Source: Botryllus schlosseri (lineage: Eukaryota). From it: a stretch of DNA of 64,000 bases. Shown here piece after piece: positions 38,106 through 52,193 of the stretch. Position 1 is the first letter of the stretch; each line of letters begins with the position of its first letter. Both the position numbers and the translations under genes were made by a program. The notes beneath the pieces are model-generated. The model did no database searches. It was given only the letters and a program-made list of their open reading frames with translations, and was not told the origin of the DNA. The stretch is from contig CM119372.1 of assembly GCA_051294905.1 (NCBI GenBank), forward strand, positions 4,838,001-4,902,000, written 5' to 3'.

Positions 38106-41100
38106 ACGTAAAGCAGTGTTTTAAATCCCACGTGGCTTGCCTTGTCTATAATGTTCCTTGGTGCTCCATTTTTGCTTATTCTAATTCGTCAAGCATCAAT
38201 TGGATCAACATATAGACTTTGATCAACACCACAGTATATAATTCCGAAGTAGGTTCTGTTTTTGGTGCGTAACATCTTTCGGGTTTGAATACACAGTGTG
38301 TATTACACACTCTGTTCGCAAATAGTATACAGACAGAATCGTTGACTAAACCAGAAATTATGCAGGCACATCTCATATAGCGAGAAATTCAAAGTATTTG
38401 AAGAGCTTCTTGGAGGTGCATATCTTGAACAAGCGATATACAAAATACAATGTTCTCTTCATTTCTCTATAAGTTGCAGACGATTACCGAAAATATCCGG
38501 TTCATTTAAATATGAATATACTATTCAATCAAAATTAACGGTTGTATATGCTAAAAACAGAAGACGGAGAATTACAATAGCAAATCCAATCTAGGACCAA
38601 CATTCCAAAATAATACGTGATAGGTACACGTAAAAATTACACACGTAATATCACGCACACAGTTCCAGCCGTACGGTATGAATTTTTTTTATTAATTTGT
38701 AAATTTCAGCATCTAAAATCCGCACCGCAATCAGTACTTCAAAAGCGAAGCGTGGATTGAAAGAGCTATCGCAATATGCCGGTTCAGTCGCGCCGCGGCG
38801 AGAAGGTGACGCCGAAAACCTGCCGGGATGCGTTCGCCGAGACTCCATTTTGTCTGCCACGGCACATCCGGCGAAGCCCGCGTCTCCGCGACTGACGCGG
38901 GATCGGCGAGATTTGATTGCGTTTAATAACGGTAGATTACCGCCGAGTTTCGAAAGAATTTGCGCGGCCAATATATCATTTTGTGGCGTAATGACGAGCT
39001 TCGCGCGGATCTTGGAAGCGACGGCGTCGCGCCGGTCAAATATCTTCAAGACGCGGGGAGGTACGGGAAAACGTTCGAGTATCGGTTATGAGGACTTTGG
39101 CCGGACAGTGTAGCGAACCAAGCTAATTATGTTTTCAAATATTAAAAAAAAATTTCCTTTGTCACATAATACCAGTATACATCACCCTTGTCGATTTTAA
39201 CGCGAAGCATTCTCTTATGACACAAACACGGTATGTTTCATTTGATTCAAGGCAAATATGGCGCAATCTCGTAAAGCGAAAAATTGTTTTTACCCCACGC
39301 GCTGTTCAATTTCACATTCTAACTTCTACATTCTAACTGTGACTTAATTGCGACTGTGAACCACGTTTCGATCTTTCGTACGTAATCAAGTACAAATGAA
39401 CACGAGCTCGATGTAACTGCAAAAGATCCATGCTCAATATCATGGAATAGCCCCGTGAGTGATCTCCATACAATAAGAAGATAGTGCATTGTTGTAGGCA
39501 CCGTGACCGTCACGTAGGCGAAGGAACAGTTGGGTTATCGTGTCAGTACGACCATTTTCTTCTCAACGTCAGCACGGTGTGCCGAGCTGCAAGCGGGGAG
39601 GTTATGGACACCGGTTTGGAATGAATGTCATCATCCTAACCTGATTGGGGTCTTGGGATCTAGAAGCACACACTCTACCGCTACGCCATCTAGTCGAAAA
39701 CACGCAACGCCCTCTAATGATTCTGTTGTATCAATCCCAAAGGAGCTAGAATGGTATCAGGGCAGTGGATCAGTCAGCATGACCAACTTGTGAGACTGGA
39801 AACCTAAATCCGAATTGGTTGACATTCAATTAATAACATTCGACTCCTTGATTGTATTTCGACGCCGGCCGTTATCACACCGCATGCAAGCGTCGACGAT
39901 GAACGTGATATATTCGCGACGCCAATTCTCTTCACCAAACGATATCAATATTGATGTGCAACCTTGATAAATCAGTCCGCCGGCTCGTCGGTGCGTAAAA
40001 ATAGGCGAATTTTCGATCAGTGTCAGGAATATTTGTGTGAATCATAAAAACGGATCAGATAACGTCGACCAAAGCCTGGAAAATCATGGCACGATTATAT
40101 TTCATCTATATTCGATGGCTTCTATTAAGTTACTCACTGGGTATGGTCGTCAGGTTACGGTGACGTCAAGTGGAACTTGTACACGCGAACGGAGACTTTG
40201 GATAAGCCGATGCACTCGAACTGAACCTCGATCTGTGTAATACACGGCTCGTCTCCTGGTACGAATTTTATAGACGAGGTTGCCGTGCACACATGCGGCA
40301 GGGGAGCTTTAATGCACGCGTTATCATATAGGTTATATTCTCGATATTATTGGCGAATTTAATTACATTAGGTTATACGAAAGCAGTGTATATTTTCATG
40401 GGTTCCGATATATAGGCTGCAAACGGCCCTCTTTGCTATTGTACGGACCGAATTATAACAAAACCAAATATTGAAAACGCGATGAGAAAATATCGAATGA
40501 CCTTCACATAAAAACGGACCAAAACGCACAATTGATGAAAAATTCCCGGCACGCGCGGAGCGATGATTCTCAGGAAACCCAACACCTTCCACGCTAGCAA
40601 TATTCCGTAACTATTCAACGGCACAATATTATCTGATGCTACAAATCGTTTACGCGCGTAAAATGCCCATACGTTCATTGATTGTACGAAAAAGACATGA
40701 TTTTACAACAAAAGACAATTATTTTCCGTTGCCAGCACGGAGCGATTACTATATGGCGAGTTCAAAAGGTTAATGTTTCCACTTGGATGCAAAGTTGCTC
40801 GTTACTGATCCATCAGGTACGACGGTAATTTTCGTCGACCGAATCCAATAACTGCCCTTGAAATACCAATTGTGGGTTATCACACTGTATATATGAAAAT
40901 AGGCAAAGTTCGTAAAGCTATTCACGAAGCGTTCCAACCACGGGATCTATAGTACGTAGTGTGTATGAATGTAGAGACTGGTCGTGAACAATTAGGTTAA
41001 TTGTCGCTAGTGGGCAGGCAGTCACGCGAGTGGCAATTAAGCAAATGTTAAGTGCTAATCTGGTGTGGCGGTCAGGCAGGGACAGATCTAACCACATGAA

Positions 41101-44100
41101 ACTTGAAGGATGCGAATCCATGTATGCCAGAAGTCCAGACAAAGGAGTCGCGAGATAATGAATTATCAACTGCAGAAAATCAAGTTGCGTGATTGAAAAT
41201 GCGAAGTTAGCGGACTTTCTTTCCCGGCAATATTGCATCGACAGTGTATGTCGAAGTTGTGTAGCTGGGCAGCGTATAGATAGATAATATAAAGCGTCAT
41301 GGCGCACTGAGATATCCATCTATGTGGCTTGTATGCGACAAGCGATAGCAATAAACAAGAGACGATGACCAATTAAAACTCGTGGCTACGACGTCACAAT
41401 CAAAAGGTCACAAGATGGCACCATAATTGTTCGTCAAAATATTTTCTCGCTACAAGCCGTTCGAAATTCCTTTGGCGATAATTAATTGCCTTTTCCGTAT
41501 ACCGACTGTGGGCAGTTTTTCTGCTCCGCGAATACGCGAGTGTGCCGTAAATATATACGCGGTGTAGATATGGATAGATACGATAATATGTATTCGTGAA
41601 AATATTAACCATACCCATGTACCTTCCGCAAACGTTGTGGGTACTAAGATACGATCGAGTTGGTATTCCGACAAATGATAATTATAGAAGCAACACAAAT
41701 CTGATTCGACCTAATATCAAGATTAATGTAAAGGTATTTTATCAAACATATATGAAGAGATGACGCCTATACATCAATATTGATGTAGATCTTGTGCTTT
41801 CACTAATTTCTTGTTTACACCTCCGGATATACTGCGTTAATGTATGGACGTTGGACATTCGCCAGCGCTAGTCAAATGGAATTCGTGATCAGCAGTGCTA
41901 AGCGATTTCGTCATCTAAAAGGTATCCATAGTGCAGAAATAACCCCGTAACAAATCATTAATATCTATAAATTATCGCTTGACCTTACGCAAGCTACTGT
42001 GTATAGTTAATTATGTATTTTGAGAATTCTATTCTCCTCATGCGCGATCTGAGGCGTTGATACGGCCGACAGCACGGTGAGCAGTTCAGAAATAGTCACC
42101 GTTCCCGATTGTAACTATATTATTGACTTTTTGACATAATGTCGCAGTCGCAAACCTTATCCCTGGATGATGACTCCTCTTATCAAGATATGGAGACTGG
42201 AGACGAAGCACATTTTGGGCAGGTCTCTTTTGAAGTCGAACTTTCGCGAGGGAAGTGATTTTCGTCGGCATCCACCAAAGTGTAGGTATTATTGCGGTAT
42301 TCGTTCCTTTTCCACCATTAGATCGGGTTCTCCGCGTCGGCGAAGATCAAACGAGGAGCCCTAAGGCCAGGCTTACATTTAAAAAAAGCACGCGAACTAT
42401 ATCGCTTCGGGTGGAAGTTGGCGAAAAATATATTTTCATATGTCGGACAAAGCGACCCGTGGGTTCAGGCGCACTTAATAATTTCTTGAATGGATTACGG
42501 GGAGTGTATTTAACGGCTTTCAAAGGAAACTCCTTCTCGGTCTGTGGTCATAAAGACCGACTGATACCCAGGATCGCCCACGTGAAACGCAAAAACAGAA
42601 CGACTCACCCCGAAACGAACAATGGCAAGTTTAAACCTAAATTGTACGAGGGAACATAGAGACTACAAGACCCATTCCCCGTTCGTGTGTCGTATAACAA
42701 ACACCATGAATGCCGTCGACGTCCTCAAGGTAGTTCTGCTATACATTCGAATCAACATAAATGCAATGTCTTTGTGGCGGTTTATTTGTGACTTTGCGCT
42801 ATGAATCGTGATGCCATCTCAGTATATTTCCCTAATCCCGCTACATCTCGAAAAGATTGAATTTAAATGAGATCGCTTAGTAAGGAGAGTATATCGTTGT
42901 CTGTAATGTACGTACCCGTACCAGAGTGTTGGAAATTTCAATATAAGACGTGTACGAATTTTGTTCAAAGTGGGAACTTCCAAGTTGCTAGTCTGTATAC
43001 TTGTAGGCCTACGACAAATTAGATAATAATATGTGGACGTTCAAATCCCTCCTATAAACCTTCTAACTAAGACATAGTCGATTTATCCGCATTGCTATCG
43101 ACAACACCCCCCTGGTGGGGGAAATATCTTGGATTAACAGAGGATATATTGGAACAGGTCTGGTTTTGTTGTTGTAGTTGTTGTTTTGGTATAAATGGTG
43201 CTTCGAAATCAATTGTCAACTGGTAATTTCATACCAACCTTATTTTTTTTATAATTCCGGAGCAGCTGCGGGCAGCGAACTTTAGTTAGAGTTTTTTTGT
43301 TTGTAAAGTACCGTTTCGTGTCTCGATGCAGTTCTGAAACCGACGTGAGCCACGTGGCGTTCTACCACGATTCGCAGACATTTCGCAGATATAGAGAGCT
43401 AGGTTCAAAACTCATAAAGTTACGGACATATCAATCATACACGATTTAATTATAAATGGCAGTGGATGCAACAGCGAGTATAGTAAAGCAATAAAGCTCC
43501 ACCAAATCATAACCGAATGACAATGCCAAAATACAGACGGACTCATTGCCTTATGTCACCACAAAGATATTCCGACGAAGTCTCAACATGATCATACTTG
43601 CATCTGAGTCTACACCAGGCCTACTCAGGATGTGTTTAGTAGGACACCAGTCTGCTAAGTGTTTGCGAGTTAATTTTATGAGGTATTTGTCGATTGTTTG
43701 GACTATACATGTATGTGCCCGTGCCCGCTGTAATTCTTGTCAACAATTCATTGCAAACGAATCGCATCACTGCATGTATAAGATCACGTAAATGACGAAC
43801 TAAGTAACGGCAAGGTAAGGTACTATCTTCACAATTGAAGTGCTCATAAAGTCCCGCAGAACATGCGAGAAAGATAGTAATTATCGTGAAGTGGCGATGC
43901 TGTTATTTCGCTTGGGATCAAGTTTCCACTTATATTCCGGCGAAACGACAGAATTCGAAAATATGATGAAACGCGGAACAGATTCAAAAATTTTGTTATT
44001 CCTTATCAACATGCTGTTAGAGAAGCTATATGGAAAAGTCAGTCTTTCGTTTATAAATAAAGCTTCTTGGACTAATCACGAATCGGGCCGATTTTACTAA

Positions 44101-46079
44101 TGTCATTCTGTGATGTGTCATATGTTGTATATAGAGAGATCGCACATTTTAGGGGTGAACAGATATTAGGAAAGTTGACCATAATGACCTCCGATATATA
44201 CATGATAAATATGTGATGGAATATAATACTTGAACAGCATCATATTTCACTGATACTTTGTCAAACCGATTGCCATTTGATATTTCTATTGCAGTAGACG
44301 AATAAAATAATGGTCAAGTAATAGTCTGTAGTCTACAAAAATGCCATTACATACACTGGATTACAGAGCCACTTATGAATTGCGGTGTTTATTCGGTAGC
44401 AGGACTAATAATTGATGCACATAATAATGTACTAATGCGCAATAATCGCAGGTAACGAAACGCAGAATGCCACAACATATCGCAATCGCAGAGGAAACAC
44501 CCACTAAGAAAACTGTTAATTTTCTTAATTGTGTATCAACAATATAATGCTATTATAGGCGTAATTACTGGTAGAAGATCGACAGAAGATATCTTCAATC
44601 GTTACCTGCAGAGCGTAAATGAGGTGGCCATTTTGCTCGTGAGCGTCAGAAAAAATGGGATTATATCTCGCGAACCGACACCTCAAATTACTGTCGAGCG
44701 AAAAGACACGTTTCATTGTAAAGTCACGCGTTTTGAGGACAATTCTTTATCGCGATCCGTCGTTGTAAAGTGACTACAGACTCATATAACACTGGATAAA
44801 TATTGTTATTTAAGACTGTTGTTAATACACCAATAAGGTGCTATGACTGTGGTTGCATAAGCATACGAACGACACGGCCACGGACACGAGATATGCAGAT
44901 CGACAAAAGTATACGGGATTTATTGATTAAAGAACATTAGGAGTTTCTCTAATAATTATCAGAGATATTACCACAGATTCGTCAACGTGTTTACAGATTG
45001 TTCCAGAAATAATGTCATACAGAAAATGGCTTTCGTCTAGGATATTATATCTGAATAATATAGGACTACAGTGTTGAGCCGTATCGCCGGTGCATATATA
45101 GTTTCAGGCATCGGGACTATAGCGAGTAACACATAACTTTTACGTGTTCATCCATTCACCCAACATAATCCGGAATACCATTTTACCACGAAAAGTAGTT
45201 CATAAGGATCACGCGCTGGTCACACACGTAGATGCTGCTACCGACGAATTATCGCTTCATCCCGATAACCGCCCTTGCGAAATCCGGACAATTCAGAAGA
45301 ACTATGCAAATTTCAGCATGTACGGTGGTGACAATTGCCGCCAAGAATGATACAATGAATCATATAGTTGTGGATATTCCACAAGTGAATGTGAAGTAGA
45401 ATTGGTTTTCTAATCTCCACACGTGCTATAATTTTGCCATCAATGTTGGGAGCGTATAGGGGAACGCCTACGTTTAATCCCATATGCAGTGATTCAGGGT
45501 CAGGCCACGCCATATAACATTATTCATTACCGGCGCTGTGGTAATGTGCCCTTAAGGCTGATGCAGTATCATACGAAGATGCCTAATCCCATTCAGAATC
45601 TGCTGCATTACGCATGTAAGAGGTTGTAATCCGTATAGATACGAACCTGCCAGAAAGACTTTTAACTCGGAAACGTACGTCTGCGCTTACGGTGATGATG
45701 ATACGTTCGCGTATCAAGAGGCTAAATGAGATTTGCAAGAGAGCGCTTTGATGTGATTTTTCACAGACTCCGCAGAGTCAAAATATCTGAGGCGTCCGCG
45801 AGCATCGTTGGCGCCATGATTATTGACCACGAAAATATCGGCTTGTCATTTTCAATTCATGTCAGACGTCACGAACCGTTCAGTGTTGAGAGGGTTAATA
45901 CTGGATATGCTGCTCCACGGATAAAGTATATCTATATTTATATTGTTACTGTCCCCGCCACGTAATCCTCGTGGAAAAGGCGAACCTAGGCCGCAGGAAG
46001 GCTTTCTCAAGGTTAAACCAGACTACTATGAAGGTTGTGTCACCATATATTTAGTTACAACAGCAAATGCATCCCTACA

Positions 46080-46445
46080 GGAATGCCCTTGTTTAAAACA
46101 TGTTTTTGTTGTTGTTGTTTTTGTGTTTTTTTTCAAGTCATGACGTCACAAATATTCAATTGTGACGCCATAGTGGATTGACATTGACACTTGGAAATAT
46201 ACGGAAAATATAGCTCCTTTGACAAAATATCTGTACTATTGCTGTTGAACCGACTATTTTGAGGGTTCCAACCATCCCATATCGATTTACATCGGCTGTA
46301 TCGGGTGGTAATTGTCCGAAGGCTCATACAACATGTTTTGTGGAAAGTATTTACACAATTATGGCATAATTTTACAACTTGAAAAAACACAATTTTGTTT
46401 TAAACCAAATGTTTTAAAACACCGTTTGTTTTAAATGCATCCCTA
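46080..46445. mobile_element. MITE family A copy (left end rearranged)
   Basis: Internal match to family A; right TIR TTTAAATGCATCCCTA; an extra TIR-like AAATGCATCCCTA at 46065-46077. Confidence 0.8.
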
Positions 46446-48129
46446 AATGAACATGTCTAGTGGTTTTGGTAACATATAGCATATGACAATACTGCTTATA
46501 GCCTACATCAGACTTGTATTGTCCCTATTTTATGGCAAACGCATGGAAATAAGTAACATATACATGGCGAAGTGGGATTCTTGAGTAGTCAAGTTATCTC
46601 ATGATGAAAACAAGCAGTTATCTTCTTTTGGATATGCACCGATCAGGATACTTGAACTGAAGCGCGGTAATAATATACAGTCCACATTCGAATCGCATCG
46701 TTCGAAATCATCAACAGTGTTACAAAAAGAACCTAAACTCCATCCTTGAACCAAACAATCCACTTTGACAGTGTTGGAAAAACGTATGGAATGAACTGCA
46801 ATTTCTACAAATAAATATATGATTCATCACGCCTGCTTTAACCATATTTTATATAAAACAAAAATGAAATTCACATGTATCTATTTTACGACCACTTTGC
46901 AACAACTCGCATTGGCATATACACGCCGCTGCGAATAATGGGATTATGCAAAAATGTATGTAAGTGGGAGACAGTGTTAATTTAATTGACTCCTAATTAA
47001 TCACCCCCATCCATAGGGTTTCGGTATAACGAACCAATTTTATTCACGATTCTAATAACCCATTCGATGGAACACCGCAGTCTGTGATTCACCTGCCCGA
47101 GTCTATTCTCTGATATTGAAGTGTTACAATATAAAAGCAATAAGGAACGGTAGAAGGTCACAATACAACGAGATCCCGACATATGTTATAGACATCGTCC
47201 AAGGCCTACGAATAAAATAAGATAATCCGTCAGCTATCATTTCTAATGGAAAGTGCACGTTTAGATTTATATTAATCCAATAAAGGATACGAGGTGCCTC
47301 CTAGCTTTACCTCCCTAATTTTAGAATTTCACTTTGGCGCCTTTAAAACTTATTTTACTGCTCACATTGTTCCAGCTGTACTTGAACGAAATAATTAGTC
47401 TCATCAATCGCGATATTAGGTGTAAGTTGTTCGACATTCCTTGTGGTGCGCTGATGAGATCTTGGACGCGATTCGAGCGCGAAAGTATACCCGTCTCATG
47501 TGTCTGGCGTCAAAATTACGGTTCATCTATGATTCTACACTCTGGCCACTTGTTTTAATTATTGCGATCGCAAGATAATAGTTGTGGAACGCAATCGGTA
47601 GAGGAAATGGGACTGGTGCCGCCAACACAGCGTTGCAAAAATCGGTGTCGCGAAAATGATTGAATTCATAAAGATTTTCGAAGAATAGGAATACGCTGCC
47701 AACGCGCCAGGGCGGTATCAGCATTGACATTTCCAACAAGAGGGTATAGAAAATAATTAGCAATATTGTGATGTAGGCTGGTGATATCTCGAATGCATCA
47801 AGTTATGATTGCTTTAGATCACTGCTTACTAACCTATTTTTCGCTCCCTGTTTGTTCTAGACTGGGGAAGTAAATATAATTGCAATAATAGAAATCAATC
47901 TCAATGTATTTATAACTGACGAGTCGAAAACATGCGCCAAAAACAGTTGTGTAAGCAATGTACGGACGGCTCGAGGCACTGTCCTAAAATAACCTGATTA
48001 AACTCGGACCCGAAGTATGAGAAATATTCGTTTCTTGGAGTCCAATTTTCGAGCTAATATACAAGTAATTCTGCTTCGCAAATCATTCTGAACATGTCCA
48101 CCGCATTCAAAATTTACCACTCGATCAAT

Positions 48130-49261
48130 TAGGGTTGCATTTGAAACAAACGGTGTTTTAAAAAATCAATTGAAAACCAACATGTTTTAAACAGTGTTTT
48201 AGTGTTTTAAACAGAGGCCTTAAATTTTTTCTAAGTTGTAAAATTATGCCACAATTGTGTAAATCAGGGGTGGCCAACCTTTTCGGCTAAAGGGCCACAT
48301 TCAATTGATGAACTTGTGCGCGGACCACCAGCCGCGCCATGCGCGTAAAGTTTTCAAAGTTTATAAATGAACTAGGTCAATACTATTATTACTCGAGTAT
48401 ATCACGGGTCTGCTGTATACCGGCGCTGGGCACAGTTCGAAAGGACGGGGCTAATCGGCATCTGGACATATCGATAACGAAGGGTTTCGGTAATATGCGA
48501 CAATCATTTTGTGCCTATACATTTCATCGTCGACGATCTTTCTACGAGCGCAAACGCGAATTGGGAATATAGTTAGACTCAATCTGGTAAATTGGGTGTT
48601 TTTTCATTTTCAGCAGGGGGCAGGTTACCAAGCAAGAAATCGAGTGACAATTAAACACGCGAATCGTTAAGAACAATTTTACTACCATTTTAGTTTATTG
48701 TCATGTACGACGATTTACTAAAAGCGTGACTGGACCCTAGACCTGCAAATGCGTCGGAACTGATATCTTACAGTCATCAACATCCTAAGTGTCGCGGCCA
48801 GACTGATCAAATTTTTGGTTGGCCTTGCAAGTTCACAATACGAGCAGTTCATTTTCGATAATATAATAAATTTAGGAACTTACCTCGCGGGCCACTCAAA
48901 ACCTTCTAGCGGGCCGCATATGGCCCGCGGGCCACGGGTTGGCCACCCCTGGTGTAAATACTTTCGAAAAAAACAAGTTGTATGAGCCCACGGACAATTA
49001 CCATCCGATTTAGCTGACGTATATCGATATGGGATGGTTGGAACCCTCAGAATAGTCGGTTCAATAGTTATAGTCCAGATATTTCTTCAAAGAAGCTATA
49101 TTTACCCTATATTTTCAATTGTCAATATCAAAACATCATAACGCCACAACTGAGTATTCGTGACGTCATGGCTTAAAAACACACTAAAAAATGTTTTAAA
49201 ATAAGGGCCCTGTTTTAAACATGTTTGATTTTTATTGATTTTTGTTTTAAATGCATCCCTA
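48130..49261. mobile_element. MITE family A copy split by a family B insertion
   Basis: TIRs intact; exact TSD CGATCAAT (48122-48129, 49262-49269). Confidence 0.92.
48265..48951. mobile_element. hAT-type MITE family B (CAGGGGTGGCCAAC...GTTGGCCACCCCTG)
   Basis: Perfect TIRs and exact TSD GTGTAAAT; reverse-complement homolog of 27352-28052. Confidence 0.93.
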
Positions 49262-49999
49262 CGATCAATACGAATCCTTTATTTTCTTGATTCCATCCCC
49301 ATTTACGCTTTTTCAAATACGACTGTATAATTCCGCCAGCAGCGGCATCGCAGACAAAACAACTTCGGTATGCCCTTAATTGTCTTTATAATGTCATTAG
49401 CATTACAATATTATTAAGACTATACATGAATTTATTCAATACAATTATCGTTTGGATGAGACTATAGCGGAGGCTTCTCTGTAATGAATACGAACCATAA
49501 TGATCGCCAAATTTTAAGTTATTTTCTGACTTTTCATCCCATTTCGATTATTGAAATGCTCATTTAGCCTTGAAGGCTCAAGATTTGAATTTGCCAACAA
49601 ACCCGACGTAGATAAATTGAAAAGTATCTGAGTACCCCTGTTATAGATTGGTGACACATACACACATGTTGGTTGCATTAAAAAAAATTGTTTTTCAAAA
49701 CCTGTTTTCAGTGGTCATCAGACCATTTGTGGGTCTTTTGCTTCTTGTTATGCGACATAAATCCACTGGGTGAGTTTTGAGACATGACATCAAATGACAG
49801 AACTCCATTTGGGGATGCGATTTCGTCAAGTATTGTTTATGGCCCGAAAATGTCATACTTTGGTATCGCTGGACAACGAACAAAGGTCGCATAATTATGA
49901 GGACGAAAAATTATAAACAGTATATTAAGGACTCGAGATAATTCCACGCTTATATTTCATTGAAAGTATACTTAAAATCGCTAATTTTACTCGACCAGA

Positions 50000-50581
50000 T
50001 TGAAGCGATCACAGCGTATCCGACCTAGAAAATGTCCTGTTTATTTGCATCTTCCTTGGATTGGGAAAGTGTCCAACAGGTTTGAAAAACAAATTAAATC
50101 GTCAGTGAGCCATTGTTTTTCACAAGTAGAACCACAGATAATCTTCATGACGAAATCTCTGATGCCTGCAACGCAAAAGGATGTCCTACCTGCGACAAAT
50201 CAAAGCAACATAATATATGAATACACGTGCCGATGTGACAGTCGGTATGTAGGTCGCACGTCTCAGCGCTTGCAGCAAAGAATTCGCCAGCATGTCCCAC
50301 GGCAAATTAGAATAAATAATGTTTCTCCAACTCCTTCATCGCAGTCTGTTGACACACTGCGTGATTATGATCAAGTTACTGCTTGTAATTCGGCTATTGG
50401 ACAGCATCTCTTATCCCATCCAGAATGTGCTGGTCATTACAATGACAGTCAATTTTCTATACTCGCTCGTGGCCGTTCTCTTTTTCATTTAAAGGTCCTG
50501 GAATCTACGATCATAAAGCTACGAAAGCCGATTCTCTGTCGCCAGAAGGAACGCCTCTACACTCTTGGAATATTTCATTAA
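50000..50581 (+). mobile_element. 5'-truncated Penelope-like retroelement: RT thumb/linker remnant plus GIY-YIG endonuclease ORF
   Basis: Uninterrupted 193-codon frame with VYLHLPWIG, KD.LP, NIIYEYTCRCDSRYVGRTSQRLQQRIRQH, SAIGQHL and LESTIIKLRKPILC motifs typical of the PLE GIY-YIG domain; no true start codon. Confidence 0.88.
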
Positions 50582-50754
50582 TGTTATGTGTTGTGTTTTC
50601 GGTTATTTGTAACCGAATATGTACTCGTTAACGTTTGTTTTGTACCGTTACTACCGTATCTAGCCCGTCTACTAGTTGTTTGTTTTTGTTATTATTACGT
50701 CATACAGACAAAATAGTTCTTACATTTCGAATTTGATTCACCCCATCACTAACG

Positions 50755-50794
50755 TTCGCTACTGATGAGAGTTAGTCGAAAAGCTTTTAGCGAA
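50755..50794 (+). ncRNA. Minimal type-I hammerhead ribozyme in the 3' repeat region of the Penelope-like element
   Basis: Stem I TTCGCTA/TAGCGAA, core CTGATGA, 2-bp stem II GA-gttag-TC, GAAA, palindromic stem III (A)AGCT(T), UH, then an overlapping AATAAA at 50793-50798. Confidence 0.8.
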
Positions 50795-52193
50795 TAAATT
50801 AACAATATGAAGTTATTGTTTCGCGATAATATAGTTCAGATGAATTATATATTACATAATATAATATACGCATTCCTTAGTAAAACTGTTTTTATAACTC
50901 CATTTTACTGCTATATTGTTATTTATTACATACGAACTCAATTTATCGCACTTGCTAAACAATAGATAATGTAGTTAGCAACTTCTATTCTGTTAAAATC
51001 CTTTAAAATTGCATTCTCTAACGGGAAAATAGAAAAATAATCCATATTGATGTGTATCCATCAAGTGAGGATGCGATTGGTGTCGAATTATGCACGATAA
51101 ATTCCAAACCGCATTTTTATCAAAACCGGTGCAAGTTCAAAATAATCATACGCTTCACAAGAATCCTAAGATATAGTGAAGTGTGACAATTCAGGTTCGG
51201 CAGTATTTTAGTGCACCAGGTGATCAGATAAATATATTCAAATATAACGATCTTCGGTGCCCAGTCTAAATCGCCGTCTATCGTCTAAAATTGTTATACA
51301 TCTGATATAATTCTAAGCGCACAGCATGAAGAGGTACAGCACCGATACGATGCGTCATAGCCGATAATTTAGAATTACTTCAGATAACAATAACATCGAC
51401 GTGTGAATATATACAAACAGAAGAGGGTAAAGCCGATCAAATGATATGTCAAAGGCCGCCATTTTCAAGATCTTAAAACAAGTTCATGTTGTCGGAAATT
51501 CACAGAAAGGCAATACTTCTATATTAAAAGCGTGAAAAGTGATTTTTGAAGTTCGACTTTGATGTTTGCAAGCGAGATTTATTCCTAAAATGAGAAGAGA
51601 TAAAATGACAAATATGCCCAAACAATCATAGTATTCCTTATTCGGTATGCGACCTATATGGCGTTTTATCTCGAGCTATGAAGGTATATACAAGTCTGCA
51701 TCGCAAGCCGATGGGATTCTCCTCTGTCTAATTACAAGTTGTAACCACATGGTGAACTTGTGAAAGTAGCAATTAGGATGCTAAAATCGATGTGAGTCGA
51801 ATGCCTTCGGTTCATTTGTATCTATCGACGTGTTGCGGTTGAACTTGTTCCGTTCCGACGGTACCAATTAAGAATATTCTTGGTCGCACTCAGTCATGAT
51901 ATGTTGGAAGATATTCGCGTACCAACAGAGACATTTTGTTTCGCGAGTAAAATAAAAACAAGAACGGATAAATTGGAAGTAATCAATGAGCATTGAGCAA
52001 CCTGCTCTGTGGTTGGAGTGAAATTTGGGAAATTCACAACCGTAGACTTGATTTTGGCGGTTCAAGGAAAGATACTTTAATCCACATACACCACTCTGGC
52101 GCTAGGCTTTTCTCAGATTGTGCAGTGTTTAAATTGGGAGGTGATGACGACGTTGACAATCCCACAACTTGCGTAAAGGTTGACCATCTAGTC

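Noticed and set aside
36864..38200. miR-196 (ACTACCT) or miR-10 (ACAGGGT) seed sites in the presumed Hox13 3' UTR
   Set aside because: None seen by eye; none seen in the proximal Hox12 3' UTR either.
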